In this document: one piece after another, positions 42,801 to 53,461 of the stretch
Layout: every line of letters begins with the position of its first letter
Position numbering within the stretch: the stretch's first letter is position 1
Assembly: GCF_964355755.1 (NCBI RefSeq)
Contig: NC_092674.1
Span: 17,484,001 to 17,548,000 of the forward strand
Source of the DNA: Antedon mediterranea
Taxonomy: Eukaryota; Animalia; Echinodermata
Length of the DNA stretch: 64,000 nt
Reading direction: 5' to 3'
Notes under the pieces: model-generated
What the model was told of the DNA's origin: nothing
Seen by the model: only the letters and a program-made list of their open reading frames with translations
The model's database searches: none
Program-made: the position numbers and the translations under genes

Positions 42801-43186
42801 AAATTATTGCATATCTGACTTTCATACACTTGATTATCGTAATTTTCAAAAATTTTAAATTGAGGATTTAGTAGCAAGTGCTCATGGGTGGGAATAAAAC
42901 TGCCAGTAGTAGTGCTTCTGTTTTCGGGAAACTTGCATTTCTTCAGCCTTCGACCAGGTCTTGATTGTTGACTGAATAAGTAGCAGGCTAAGCATTTGTC
43001 TCCATGGTCTTTGAAATTAAATGGTGTTATGTTGTGTCCACCAAGTGCGCTAACGTGACAGCTTGCACATAGCCACTTAAGATTTGGATCCAAATTATAT
43101 TCATAAGTGTACTTTACATCTTTTATTTTAAATTTTTTTCCGCAACAGTAGCAAAGGGAACTTAATGCCCTTTCGTGAAACTCCAT
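36888..43186 (-). pseudogene. Intron-containing Chapaev transposase: Chapa Zn finger, RING, Zn finger and DDE core
   Basis: Approximate exons: 43186-42388 (H-x7-CYCCG..CASC..H..CLAC..GRR; RING ICNNLL..SCQHFF/CTFC..CFNC with a frameshift ~42760; CKQC..H), 42266-42127 (PINIV..CLAIM), ~41947-41749, 39698-39447 (GGDKGGDTTK), 39260-39184 (GDYDF..YGL.G), ~39050-38855 (CIYC), 38616-38490 (PALHISLG), ~38213-37997, 37889-37751 (QQYHGKSFVGN), ~37612-37405, ~37196-36888 (KLHMLEHH; EQGGELIHSEFN). GT-AG junctions are visible; several stops and frameshifts. Confidence 0.8.
39782..41626. mobile_element. Non-autonomous TIR element, Sola1-like, inside a transposase intron
   Basis: ~33-bp TIR GTGTAC(A/C)GCCAAA(T/C)CAAAACCAGGC(A/G)TTTGTCG; 4-bp TSD ATTT (39778-39781, 41627-41630), which fits the Sola1 AWWT preference. 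Confidence 0.7.
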
Positions 43187-44431
43187 TACTGTATATGAAA
43201 TAAAATATAATATAAAAAATATTAAATAAAAATAGCTCCGCAGCTTATCTGTGAAATATATTTGTAATTGTATGTGTAATTTTTATAAAGGCCTATAATA
43301 GTATAGTTACAGTAATGACTGTCACTCAGTCACACCAGCTAGCCTAAAAATGCACCAGAAAAGCAATAATTATTATTATAAACACATGCCATTAATTATT
43401 TGATAACAGTTATAATGATTAAATTTAGGATTAGGATAATTAAAGGTTTTACTACTACGAATTTTCTATGTTTGGGCCTAGCTTCATCCTAGGCTTACAT
43501 TACTGTCAAGTTTATCGCCGGCGTCAACGCACTTTCTAAGCCTATCGCCAAACCGTTTTCTCGCCGTTCACAATAACAATGTATAAAGGGGTTGCAAAAT
43601 ATGCGAGTTTTACTAAAAACTGAACCAGGCTATATTAACATAACTTGTATTATTTTATTTATATAATAATGATGGCCTATATTCTAGTTCGTTCTTTTTC
43701 TAAAAAAATGAATTATATCCAAAAAATAAGTTAAGAATACAATGATATTTTCTACTTACGATTGTTTACTATTTCATTACACAGTTTATATCGACTTCCT
43801 GGTTTATGTGTGGGAGATTATTTCAGTAAAATGGACAATATCGTCGTTTATTTATTAATTTATATTAAAGAAACAATAAAATATTGATTTTTTAATTGAA
43901 CATAAACTTTTTTAATCGTTTGGTTTTGTATAAAATGTGTTTTCTACATAAAAACTAACGGTAGCAAAATTTGATTTGGCGTTCGCGAAATAATGGTTTG
44001 TAAACAAAATTCATAAGTTCGCGCGGATCGGAGAGCGTCGTCTGCTAACACTGAGGGCGCTTTACTTTTTCTGATATCTTAACACTAGTTGAAACAGCTG
44101 TGTTGTCGAATTTTCAAAATTGGAAATTTTGTCAATTTTTCGAAAAAAATTCATATGGTCTCCTGTAGGAAAATTTTCGAAAAATGGCCAAATTTCGACC
44201 CTTTTATTTTTTGACATAACTCGTTACTATGGCTTTATAAGATTATGTTAACACAATATATGTGCATAAATGGCAATATTATAGCCAATTATTGAATTTT
44301 AAACGGTGGACATTTTGGTTAACGTTAGCAAAATATATCTGTATAAATGGCAACAGTATAGCATAATTTTCGAATTTTGAAAAGTTGAAATTTTTGCGAT
44401 TTGTCGAAAAATTTCCTATGGTGTCCCGCAG

Positions 44432-45879
44432 GCGATTTTTTTTCCCGTACGAGAGTTCCTCCATCGGTTCGTTTCGGACTCAATCGACTCTTCGGTAAGC
44501 CACCGATACTCACTGATGCGTGACAGCAACCACAAAACGTGAGCAGCTTCTTTGCACGAGTGACAAATTTATACATACTATACTAGAGGCCTAATACTAT
44601 ACTCACTGTAAATATAATAATAAATATTAATAGTAGTACTGAACGTCATTGTAATAATAATAATAGTCCTAGAATTTTAATAATATAATACTGTATAGGC
44701 AGCCACAAACCAATGTATGTACCATCAGATTCACAAACAGTAACACACACACACAGCAGCAGCACTTTGTTGGTCGTCACAAGCAAGGCCAGCTAGCCTA
44801 GCCCTACGTACGTGTGCTTCAATGTAGTACATTCCATCTACAGTACTATTTTTTATTTTAATAAAATGAAGTAGTAGGTTAGAAATTATATGTACAGAAG
44901 TAACACTAACAGATGTTTTTATCAAGAAAATTACAATTTTCTTCAGGTTTTTAAGTGTAACATTTGAAAAATTGTATACATTTAGGCCTAGTATTAGTAA
45001 CATGTATTCTTGTAAGTTGTAATGTATAGAAACACATGCTTGCTTATAAAGCGTTTAATATCGTGTTAATTTAATAATTGATGATAGTATCACATATAAT
45101 TATAAGCTTCCTGGAAAATGTGTTATTATTAAATGTATTTGTACTATTGCAGTCGTGTCAGTACCGTAATTGAATGTTTTTTACTTTGCATGTATTTTTT
45201 ATGATTTTCCAAATTACATATAATAAACAATAATATTAGTTGTAGGCCTATAACTTAATTAAAACTCCAAAGTTGCCTATTATTAAAAGTCTGAAATCTT
45301 TTTTTCAAGATTGGGGATAATTAATACGTACACCTTTAACGTAAAATTTCCATTACCTTACAATATAAATATTAATTTAATAATATTATTTTAAAAGGTA
45401 TACTAAACATACACTGTGCATAGGAATTCCTACTGTACATAATCATTTTAAATTCAAAAGTAATACCTTGCATAGGCTTACATAAGCTAGCCTAGCCATG
45501 GGCTAGCTACAATACCATAAACGATAAGAAAAAGAGCCTCTCGTTCGTGACAAAAGGTCGTTCAACTTCAAAAAATAATATCTGATACGACCTACTATTG
45601 GGTCGTAGACCTAAATATCTTCAATATGCTATTGAGTTCTTAATGTAATTACTAAGTAGGCCTAGTATTTATTAATTAATGTCATCAAATCAAAACTCGT
45701 ATTAGTGTAGATTTATTTTACTATTGTGAGAGCCTGTGTGAAAGTAAGCTCGCGGTTTGTAAATGTAAATTGTATTATGTTATCACGCATCAGTGAGCTG
45801 ACTTTACCGAATACCGAAGAGAGTCGATTGAGTCCGAAACGAACCGATGGAGGAACTCTCGTACGGGAAAAAAAATCGC
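44432..45879. mobile_element. Non-autonomous MULE/MuDR-like element
   Basis: ~60-bp near-perfect TIR GCGATTTTTTTTCCCGTACGAGAGTTCCTCCATCGGTTCGTTTCGGACTCAATCGACTCT; 9-bp TSD GTCCCGCAG (44423-44431, 45880-45888). Confidence 0.85.
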
Positions 45880-46112
45880 GTCCCGCAGGAAAATTTTCGA
45901 AAAATGGCCAAATTTTGACCCTTTTATATTTTGACATAACTAGTTACTATGGCTCTATAAGATGATGTTAGCACAATATATTTGCAAAAATGGCAATATT
46001 ATAGCATAATATTTGAATTTTAAAAAGTGGAAATTGTTTCCATTTTTCGAAAAAATTCCTATGGTTCCCAGCAGGGAAAATTTCGAAAAATGGCCAAACT
46101 TCAAACCTTTAA

Positions 46113-46309
46113 TTAGTCGCGTGGACGCGACTCTACAGTTCACTATGTCGGTCGATCAGTCTGTCTGTTGGTCCGGTATCACTTTTGGCTTTTATCGCAT
46201 TTCTGTACTTTTTGAACTGTTTTGATGTACAGAAAAGTTTTAAAGTACATTACTTTTTGAAAGTTCATTTATTTCTGAGAGCACGATACTTATTGCTGTT
46301 GGCCTTGTT
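46113..46309 (+). mobile_element. Short DINE-1/Helentron-like element (copy)
   Basis: Near-identical to 2218-2413, including the flanks. Confidence 0.65.
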
Positions 46310-46432
46310 TTTTGACATAACTAGTTACTATGGCTCTATAAGATGATGTTAACACAATATATGTCCATAAATGGCAATATTATAGCATAATTATTTAAAT
46401 TTAAAAAGTGGAAAAATTTTGCCATTTTCGAA

Positions 46433-49168
46433 AAATGCGATTTGAAGCTATTCTGTACACTTTGATGTTTTGTGTGAAAAAGTTTTGTCGAAATGCTCAA
46501 AATGGTCTAAAAACGTTTTTAAATACGATATTAAGCTCTTTTGTGCTCTTTGATGTTTTTGTGTAACCAAGTTTCATCGAATTGAACAAAATGGTATAAA
46601 ACGTCTCCAAATGCGATTTGAAGCTTTTCTAAGCACTTTGGTGTTTTTATGTTAACAAGTTTTTTCGAAAATCACAAAATGGTCTGAAACGTCTCAAAAT
46701 GCGATTTGAAGGTATTCTGAGCACTTTGGTGTTTTTATGTTAACAAGTTTTTTCGAAAATGACAAAATGGTCTAAAACGTCTCCAAATGCGATTTGAAGA
46801 TATTCTGTACACTTTGATGTTTTGTGTGGAAAAGTTTTGTCGAAAGCTCAAAATGGTCTAAAACGTTTTTAAATACGATATTAAGCTATTTTGTTCTCTT
46901 TGATGTTTTTGTATGAAAAGTTTTATCGAAATGCTCAAAATGGTCTAAAACGGTTTCTAATGTGATTTTAAGCACTTTGATGTTTTTGTGTAACCAAGTT
47001 TCATCGAAATGCACAAATTGGTCTAAAACGTCTCCAAATGCGATTTGAAGCTATTCTGTACACTTTGATGTTTTGTGTGCAAAAGTTTTGTCGAAATGCT
47101 CAAAATTGTCTAAAACGTTTTTAAATACGATATTAAGCTATTTTGTTCTCTTTGATGTTTTTGTGTGAAAAGTTTTATCGAAATTCTCAAAATGGTCTAA
47201 AACGTCTCCAAATGCGATTTTAAGCTATTCTGTACACTTTGATGTTTTTAACACTTTGGTGTTTTTATGTTAACAAATTTTTTCGAAAATCACAAAATAG
47301 TCTAAAACGTCTCCAAATGCGATTTGAAACTATTCTTATCACTTTGGTGTTTTTATGTTAACAGGTTTTTTCGAAAATCACAAAATGGTCTAAAACGTCT
47401 CCAAATGCGATTTGAAGCTATTCTGTACACTTTGATGTTTTGTGTGCAAAAGTTTTGTCGAAATTCTCAAAATGGTCTAAAACGTTTTTAAATACGATAT
47501 TAAGCTGTTTTGTGCACTTTGATGTTTTTGTGTGAAAAGTTTTAACGAAATGCTCAAAATGGTCTAAAACGGTTTCTAATGTGATTTTAAGCACTTTGTT
47601 TTTTTTTGTGTAACCAAGTTTCTTCGAATTGAACAAAATGGTCTAAAACGTCTCCAAATGCGATTTGACGCTTTTCTAAGCACTTTGGTGTTTTTATGTT
47701 AACAAGTTTTTTCGAAAATCACAGAATGGTCTAAAACGTCTCCAAATACGATTTGAAGCTATTCTGTACACTTTGATGTTTTTGTGTGAAAAAGTTTTAT
47801 CGAAATGCTCAAAATGCTCTAAAACGGTTTTAAATGTGATTTTAAGCACTTTGATGCTTTTGTGTAACCAAGTTTCATCGAAGTGCACAAAATGGTCTAA
47901 AACGTCTCCAAATGCGATTTGAAGCTATTTTGAGCACTTTGATGCTTTTGTGTGAAAAGTTTCACCAAAATGCTCAAAATGGTCTAAAACGGTTTTAAAT
48001 GTGATTTTAAGGACTTTGATTTTTTTGTGTAACCAAGTTTAATCGAAATGCACAAAATGGTCTAAAACGTCTCCAAATGCAATTGGAAGATATTTTAGGC
48101 ACTTTAGTCTTTTTATGTTAACAATTTTTTTCGAAATGCACAAAATGGTCTAAAACGTCTCCAAATGCAATTTGAAGCTATTCTGTACACTTTGATATTT
48201 TGTGTGAAAAAATTTTGTCGAAATGCTCAAAATGGTCTAAAACGCTTTCAAATACGATATTAAGCTATTTTGTGCACCTTGATATTTGTGTGTGAAAAGT
48301 TTTATCGAAATGCTCAAAATGGTCTAAAACGGTTTCAAATGTGATTTTAAGCACTTTGATGTTTTTGTGTAACCAAGTTTCATCGAAATGCACAAAATGG
48401 TCTAAGACGTCTACAAATGCGATTTGAAGCATTTCTAAGCACTTTGGTGTTTTTATGTTAACAAGTTTTTTCGAAATGCACAAAATGGTCTAAAACGTCT
48501 CCAAATGCGATTTGAATGTATTCTGTGCACTTTGATGTTTTTGTGTGAAAAGTTTTATCGACTTGCTCAAAATGGTTTAAAACGTTTTCAAACACGATAT
48601 TAAGCTATTTTGTCCAATTTGATGTTTTGTGTGAAAAGTTTTATTCAAATGCAAAAAATGGTCTAAAACGTTAGTAAATGCGATTTGAAGCTAATTTGTG
48701 CACTTTGATGTTTTTGTGTGAAAAGTTTTATCGAAATACTCAAAATGCTCTAAAACGGTTTTAAATGTGATTTTAAGCACTTTGATGCTTTTGTGTAAAC
48801 AAAGCTTCATCGAAGTGCACAAAATGGTCTAAAACGTCTCCAAATGCGATTTGAAGCTATTTTGTGCACTTTGATGCTGTTGTGTGAAAAGTTTTATCGA
48901 AATGCTCAAAATGCTCTAAAACGGTTTTAAATGTGATTTTAAACACTTTGATGTTTTTGTGTAACCAAGTTTCATCGAAATGCACAAAATGGTCTAAAAC
49001 GTCTCCAAATGCAATTTGAAGCTATTCTGTACACTTAGATATTTTGTGTAAAAAAATGTTGTCGAAATCCTCAAAATGGTCTAAAAGGCTTTCAAATACG
49101 ATATTAAGCTATTTTGTGCACTTTGATATTTGTGTGTGAAAAGTTTTATCGAAATGCTCAAAATGGTC
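46433..49168 (-). repeat. Satellite C array, reverse orientation
   Basis: Reverse complement of the 16796-18927 units (AAAATGGTCTAAAACGTCTCCAAATGC). Confidence 0.95.
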
Positions 49169-51147
49169 TTAAGAATTTCGATAAAACTTTTCACACACAA
49201 ATATCAAAGTGCACAAAATAGCTTAATATCGTATTTGAAAGCGTTTTAGACAATTTTGGCCATTTCGACAAAACTTTTTCAAACAAAATATCAAAGTGTA
49301 CAGAATAGCTTCAAATCACATTTGAAACCGTTTTAGACCATTTTGTGCATTTCGATAAAACTTTTCACACACAAATATCAAAGTGCATAAAATAGCTTAA
49401 TATCGTATTTGAAAGCGTTTTGGACCATTTTGAGCATTTCGACAAAACTTTTCAAACAAAATATCAAAGTGTACAGAATAGCTTCCAATTGCATTTGGAG
49501 ACGTTTTAGACCATTTTGTGCATTTCGAAAAAAATTGTTAACATAAAAAGACCAAAGTGTTTAGAATATCTTCAAATCGCATTTGGAGACGTTTTAGACC
49601 ATTTTGAGCATTTCGATAAAATTGTTCACACAAAAACATCAAAGTGTACAAAATAGCTTCAAATTGCATTTAGAGATGTTTTAGACCATTTTGTGCATTT
49701 CGATAAAACTTTTCACACAAAAACATCAAATTGCACAAAATAGCTTAATACCGTGTTTGAAATCGTTTGAAACCATTTTGAGCATGTCGATAAAACTTTT
49801 CACACAAAATCATCAAAGTGCACAGAATAACTTCAAATCGCATTTGGAGACGTTTTAGACCATTTTGTGCATTTCGAAAAAAAACTTGTTAACATAAAAA
49901 CATCGACGTTCTTAGAATAGCTTAAAATCGCATTTGGAGACGTTTTAGACCATTTTGTGATTTTCGAAAAAACTTTGGAACATAAAAATACCAAAGTGCT
50001 TAGAAATGCTTCAAATCGCATTTGGAAACGTTTTAGACCATTTTGTGCATTTCGATGAAACTTGGTTACACAAAAACATCAAAGTGCTTAAAATCACATT
50101 TGAAACCGTTTTAGACCATTTTGAGCATTTCGATAAAACTTTTCACACACAAATATCAAAGTGCACAAAATAGCTTAATATCGTATTTGAAAGCGTTTTG
50201 GACCATTTTGAGCATTTCGACAAAACATTTTCAAACAAAATATCAAAGTGTACAGAATAGCTTCAATTCGCATTTGGAGACGTTTTAGACCATTTTGTGA
50301 TTTTCGAAAAACCTTTTTAACATAAAAACACCAAAGTGCTTAGAAATGCTTCAAATCGCATTTGGAGACGTTTTAGACCATTTTTTGCATTTCGATGAAA
50401 CTTGGTTACACAAAAACAGCAAAGTGCTTAAAATCACATTTGAAACCGTTTTGGACAATTTTGAGCATTTCGATAAAACTTTTCACACAAAAACATCAAA
50501 GTGTACAAAATAGCTTCAAATCGCATTTAGAGACGTTTTAGACCATTTTGTGCATTTTGATGAAACTTGGTTAAACAAAAACATCAAAGTGCTTAAAATC
50601 ACATTTGAAACCGTTTTAGACCATTTTGAGCATTTCGATAAAACTTTTCACACACAAATATCAAAGTGCACAAAATAGCTTAATATCGTATTTGAAAGCG
50701 TTTTGTACCATTTTGAGCATTTCGACATAACTTTTTCAAACAAAATATCAAAGTGTACAGAATAGTTTCAAATTGCATTTGGAGACGTTTTAGACCAGTT
50801 TGTGCATTTCGAAAAAATTTGTTAACATAAAAAGACAAAAGTGTTTAGAATATCTTCAAATCGCATTTGGAGACGTTTTAGACCATTTTGTGCATTTCGA
50901 TGAAACTTTTCACACAAAAACATCAAAGTGTACAAAATAGCTTAATACCGTGTTTAAAATCGTTTTAAACCATTTTGAGCATGTCGATAAAAACTTTTCA
51001 CACAAAAACATCGAAGTTCTTAGAATAGCTTCAATTCGCATTTTGAGACGTTTTAGACCATTTTGTGATTTTCGAAAAAAATTGTTAGCATAAAAAGACC
51101 AAAGTGTTTAGAATATCTTCAAATCGCATTTGGAGACGTTTTAGACC
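49169..51147 (+). repeat. Satellite C array, forward orientation
   Basis: Orientation flips at ~49169. Confidence 0.95.
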
Positions 51148-52890
51148 GTTCAGCAAGAATACTGGTTGATTTACAGGTAGGTAAGGGTGTCTTATTTCCT
51201 CTATGCAGTAACGTGTTTACAATTTTTAATAATTGCTTCTGGTCGCCTATAGCATTATTTACTAGAGCTGAGTGATATTCAAACTTTGCAGTATGAATAT
51301 GTGATGATACACATTGGCGTTGATGTGTGTAAGCATGCCAATCAGTTTCGAGACCTGTCTTACGCCATTTCCTCTCCAGCTGCCTTCTTACTTTTTTCTG
51401 TTTTCGTATCTCATCAGTATACCATGGAGTTTGCGGTCGAATAGTCACCAGACGTGACTTAGTTGGAGCAAGTTTATCAATGATTGAACGCAATGTAGAG
51501 TTGTACATACATATAGCATCATCAATGTCACATGGAAGAGATGATACAGTCAGTGTTAGTGGTAGTAACTCGCTGACAACAGAGTCAGCACAGAGATTCT
51601 TGTAGTTACAACTAGAAACTATTTTCTGAGTTGGCGGCGGTTTATTTAACTGTAACTTACAATGTACGGCTGAGTGGTCAGATATATCTGGGATGCCCAC
51701 ATTGACATCAGTTAGAAAAGTGTCAGTTGATTTGGTAATAATCAGGTCAAGAGTATGACCTGCCTCATGGGTTGGTTGCTTAACATGTTGATTAAGATCA
51801 TAAACTTTAAGAAGGCTCATAAACTGCATAACCTCCTTATTCTCGGATTTGTCAAGGTGAAAGTTGAAATCCCCGGCAATGAGCAAGTCGGAATGTACTA
51901 ATGCAATGGTATCAAGCATGTTAGAGATCTCATTGAAGAAATGTGAGACGGTGAAACCATTTTTCTTGCTAGGAGGAGGACGATAGATAACTATGATTCG
52001 CAGTGTTCGAATTCCGTTACTAAATTGAATTCCCAACGATTCAAAAGTACTACAGTCAGGTAAGTCCAGAGAGCGTGTTTTTAGACAAGCTTTGTACATG
52101 AGGGCGAATCCCCCATGACGACCATATGTTCTAGGAACATGGTTAAACATGTAACCATCTGGAGTTATGCAGCCAGCAGAAATTGAGTCATCATCACGCA
52201 ACCATGTCTCAGTTAGCGCAAAAATGTCCAAATCGTTATCTATAATGTGCTCAAATATTGAAGTGGATTTCCGGTTTGATTCGGATCACAAATTGATCTT
52301 GCATTAAGTAAGCAAAAAGAAATTCTGGTTTGTGCACTGCTTGGATTTGGGATGTATTCTTGAAAAAATGATATATTTTGCTTTCTCCGCTTTGATGCGC
52401 CGCCACGGCATCCCCGTCTCGTTCGTTTTTTATTGTTAAGTCCAAGCCTACATATGTAACTCCAAGTAGATGAATCCAATCGGATAGATTTCAAACAGCA
52501 GCTAGATATGCTGTATAATACTTTTGATGTGTAGTTGTACATTGAACAAAATAAATAAATAAATGATGAAGAGAACACATTCCTAGCTAGGCTAAAGAAT
52601 GTCAGCATAGCAGCACAAACAACAACAAAGCAGATAGGCACACAACAGCCTACACAGCCTATGCTACAGAACAATAACAGCTAAGACAATGTTAGCTTAG
52701 GTAAGCTTTTAAAACAGCCTAACACACAGTTCAGGTACAAAATCTCTGATTAATATACTGTTCATGTAAGTCACTAAAATGATACAATGTATAAATAACT
52801 TTATATACTGGTGAAATAAGTGTAATAAGCGTATAAATGCGATCAACACTGTGCTGCCAGAAGCGCTCAGTGTGGCATTCACTAAGCACA
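51148..52890 (-). mobile_element. 5' portion of an L2/CR1-group LINE (endonuclease only; RT absent)
   Basis: RGCRGG..LLNARSI (52240-52674) frameshifts into DIFALTETWL..IYRPP..GDFN..PTHEAGHTLDLI..SDH..PWYTDEI..RRQLERKWRKT (to ~51148); flanked by satellite C. Confidence 0.85.
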
Positions 52891-53461
52891 TTAGCCATTT
52901 TCAGCATTTCGACAAAACTTTTTCACACAAAATATCAAAGTGTACAGAATAGCTTCAAATTGCATTTTTTGAGACGTTTTAGGCCAGTGGGAAAGCCACT
53001 TCGCGATTTGACCGTTAAATCGTGTAAAATTGACTTACTTCCGCATTAGCAATTTTGAAGCGCCCTCTGATGTTGAAAACTGAAACCAGGAATTGGCGTC
53101 GCCTAGCAAATAATTGCTGTTTTATTTAAAGCTCTCATGAATATTTAAGACCCGCCCCACATTTCCTATTATGGTAAAACAATTTCCTAATAAGTATAGT
53201 TTGATAACCAATCGCTTTCTTTCGGAAAAAACCGAAGCTTATCAAAGCATTCGGCGGTAAAAGTCGAGACTCGTAAAATGCACAAATGTGGTACGATTTG
53301 TCTTCTGTTTTGTTGTCATTTTTCTGAATAGTCGGAGGTGCATCCCAACAAATAAAAACAATTTTAATCAATTGTTGTATAAAGAGTAATATTAGTTTCA
53401 TCGATTGTGAGATATTTCTAACCTGTTCAAATTGTTTTGGTGAACTCCTAGGCCGTAAAAG

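Larger units (their letters stand above)
34383..44102 (-). mobile_element. Chapaev-type (CMC group) DNA transposon with a RAG1-like N-terminus; left terminus deleted
   Basis: Right end reads CACAGCTGTTTCA on the minus strand; encodes a multi-exon DDE transposase; satellite A on both sides; contains nested Kolobok- and Sola-like elements. Confidence 0.8.
44103..46432 (+). repeat. Satellite A array with MULE-like and HINE insertions
   Basis: Same unit as the other satellite A arrays. Confidence 0.9.

Noticed and set aside
36888-43186. Calling this gene RAG1
   Set aside because: The core motifs (GGDKGG, EQG.E..H..FN) are Chapaev-like rather than the RAG1 forms (CDGMG, SEGNE), and the related element has a 4-bp rather than 5-bp TSD.
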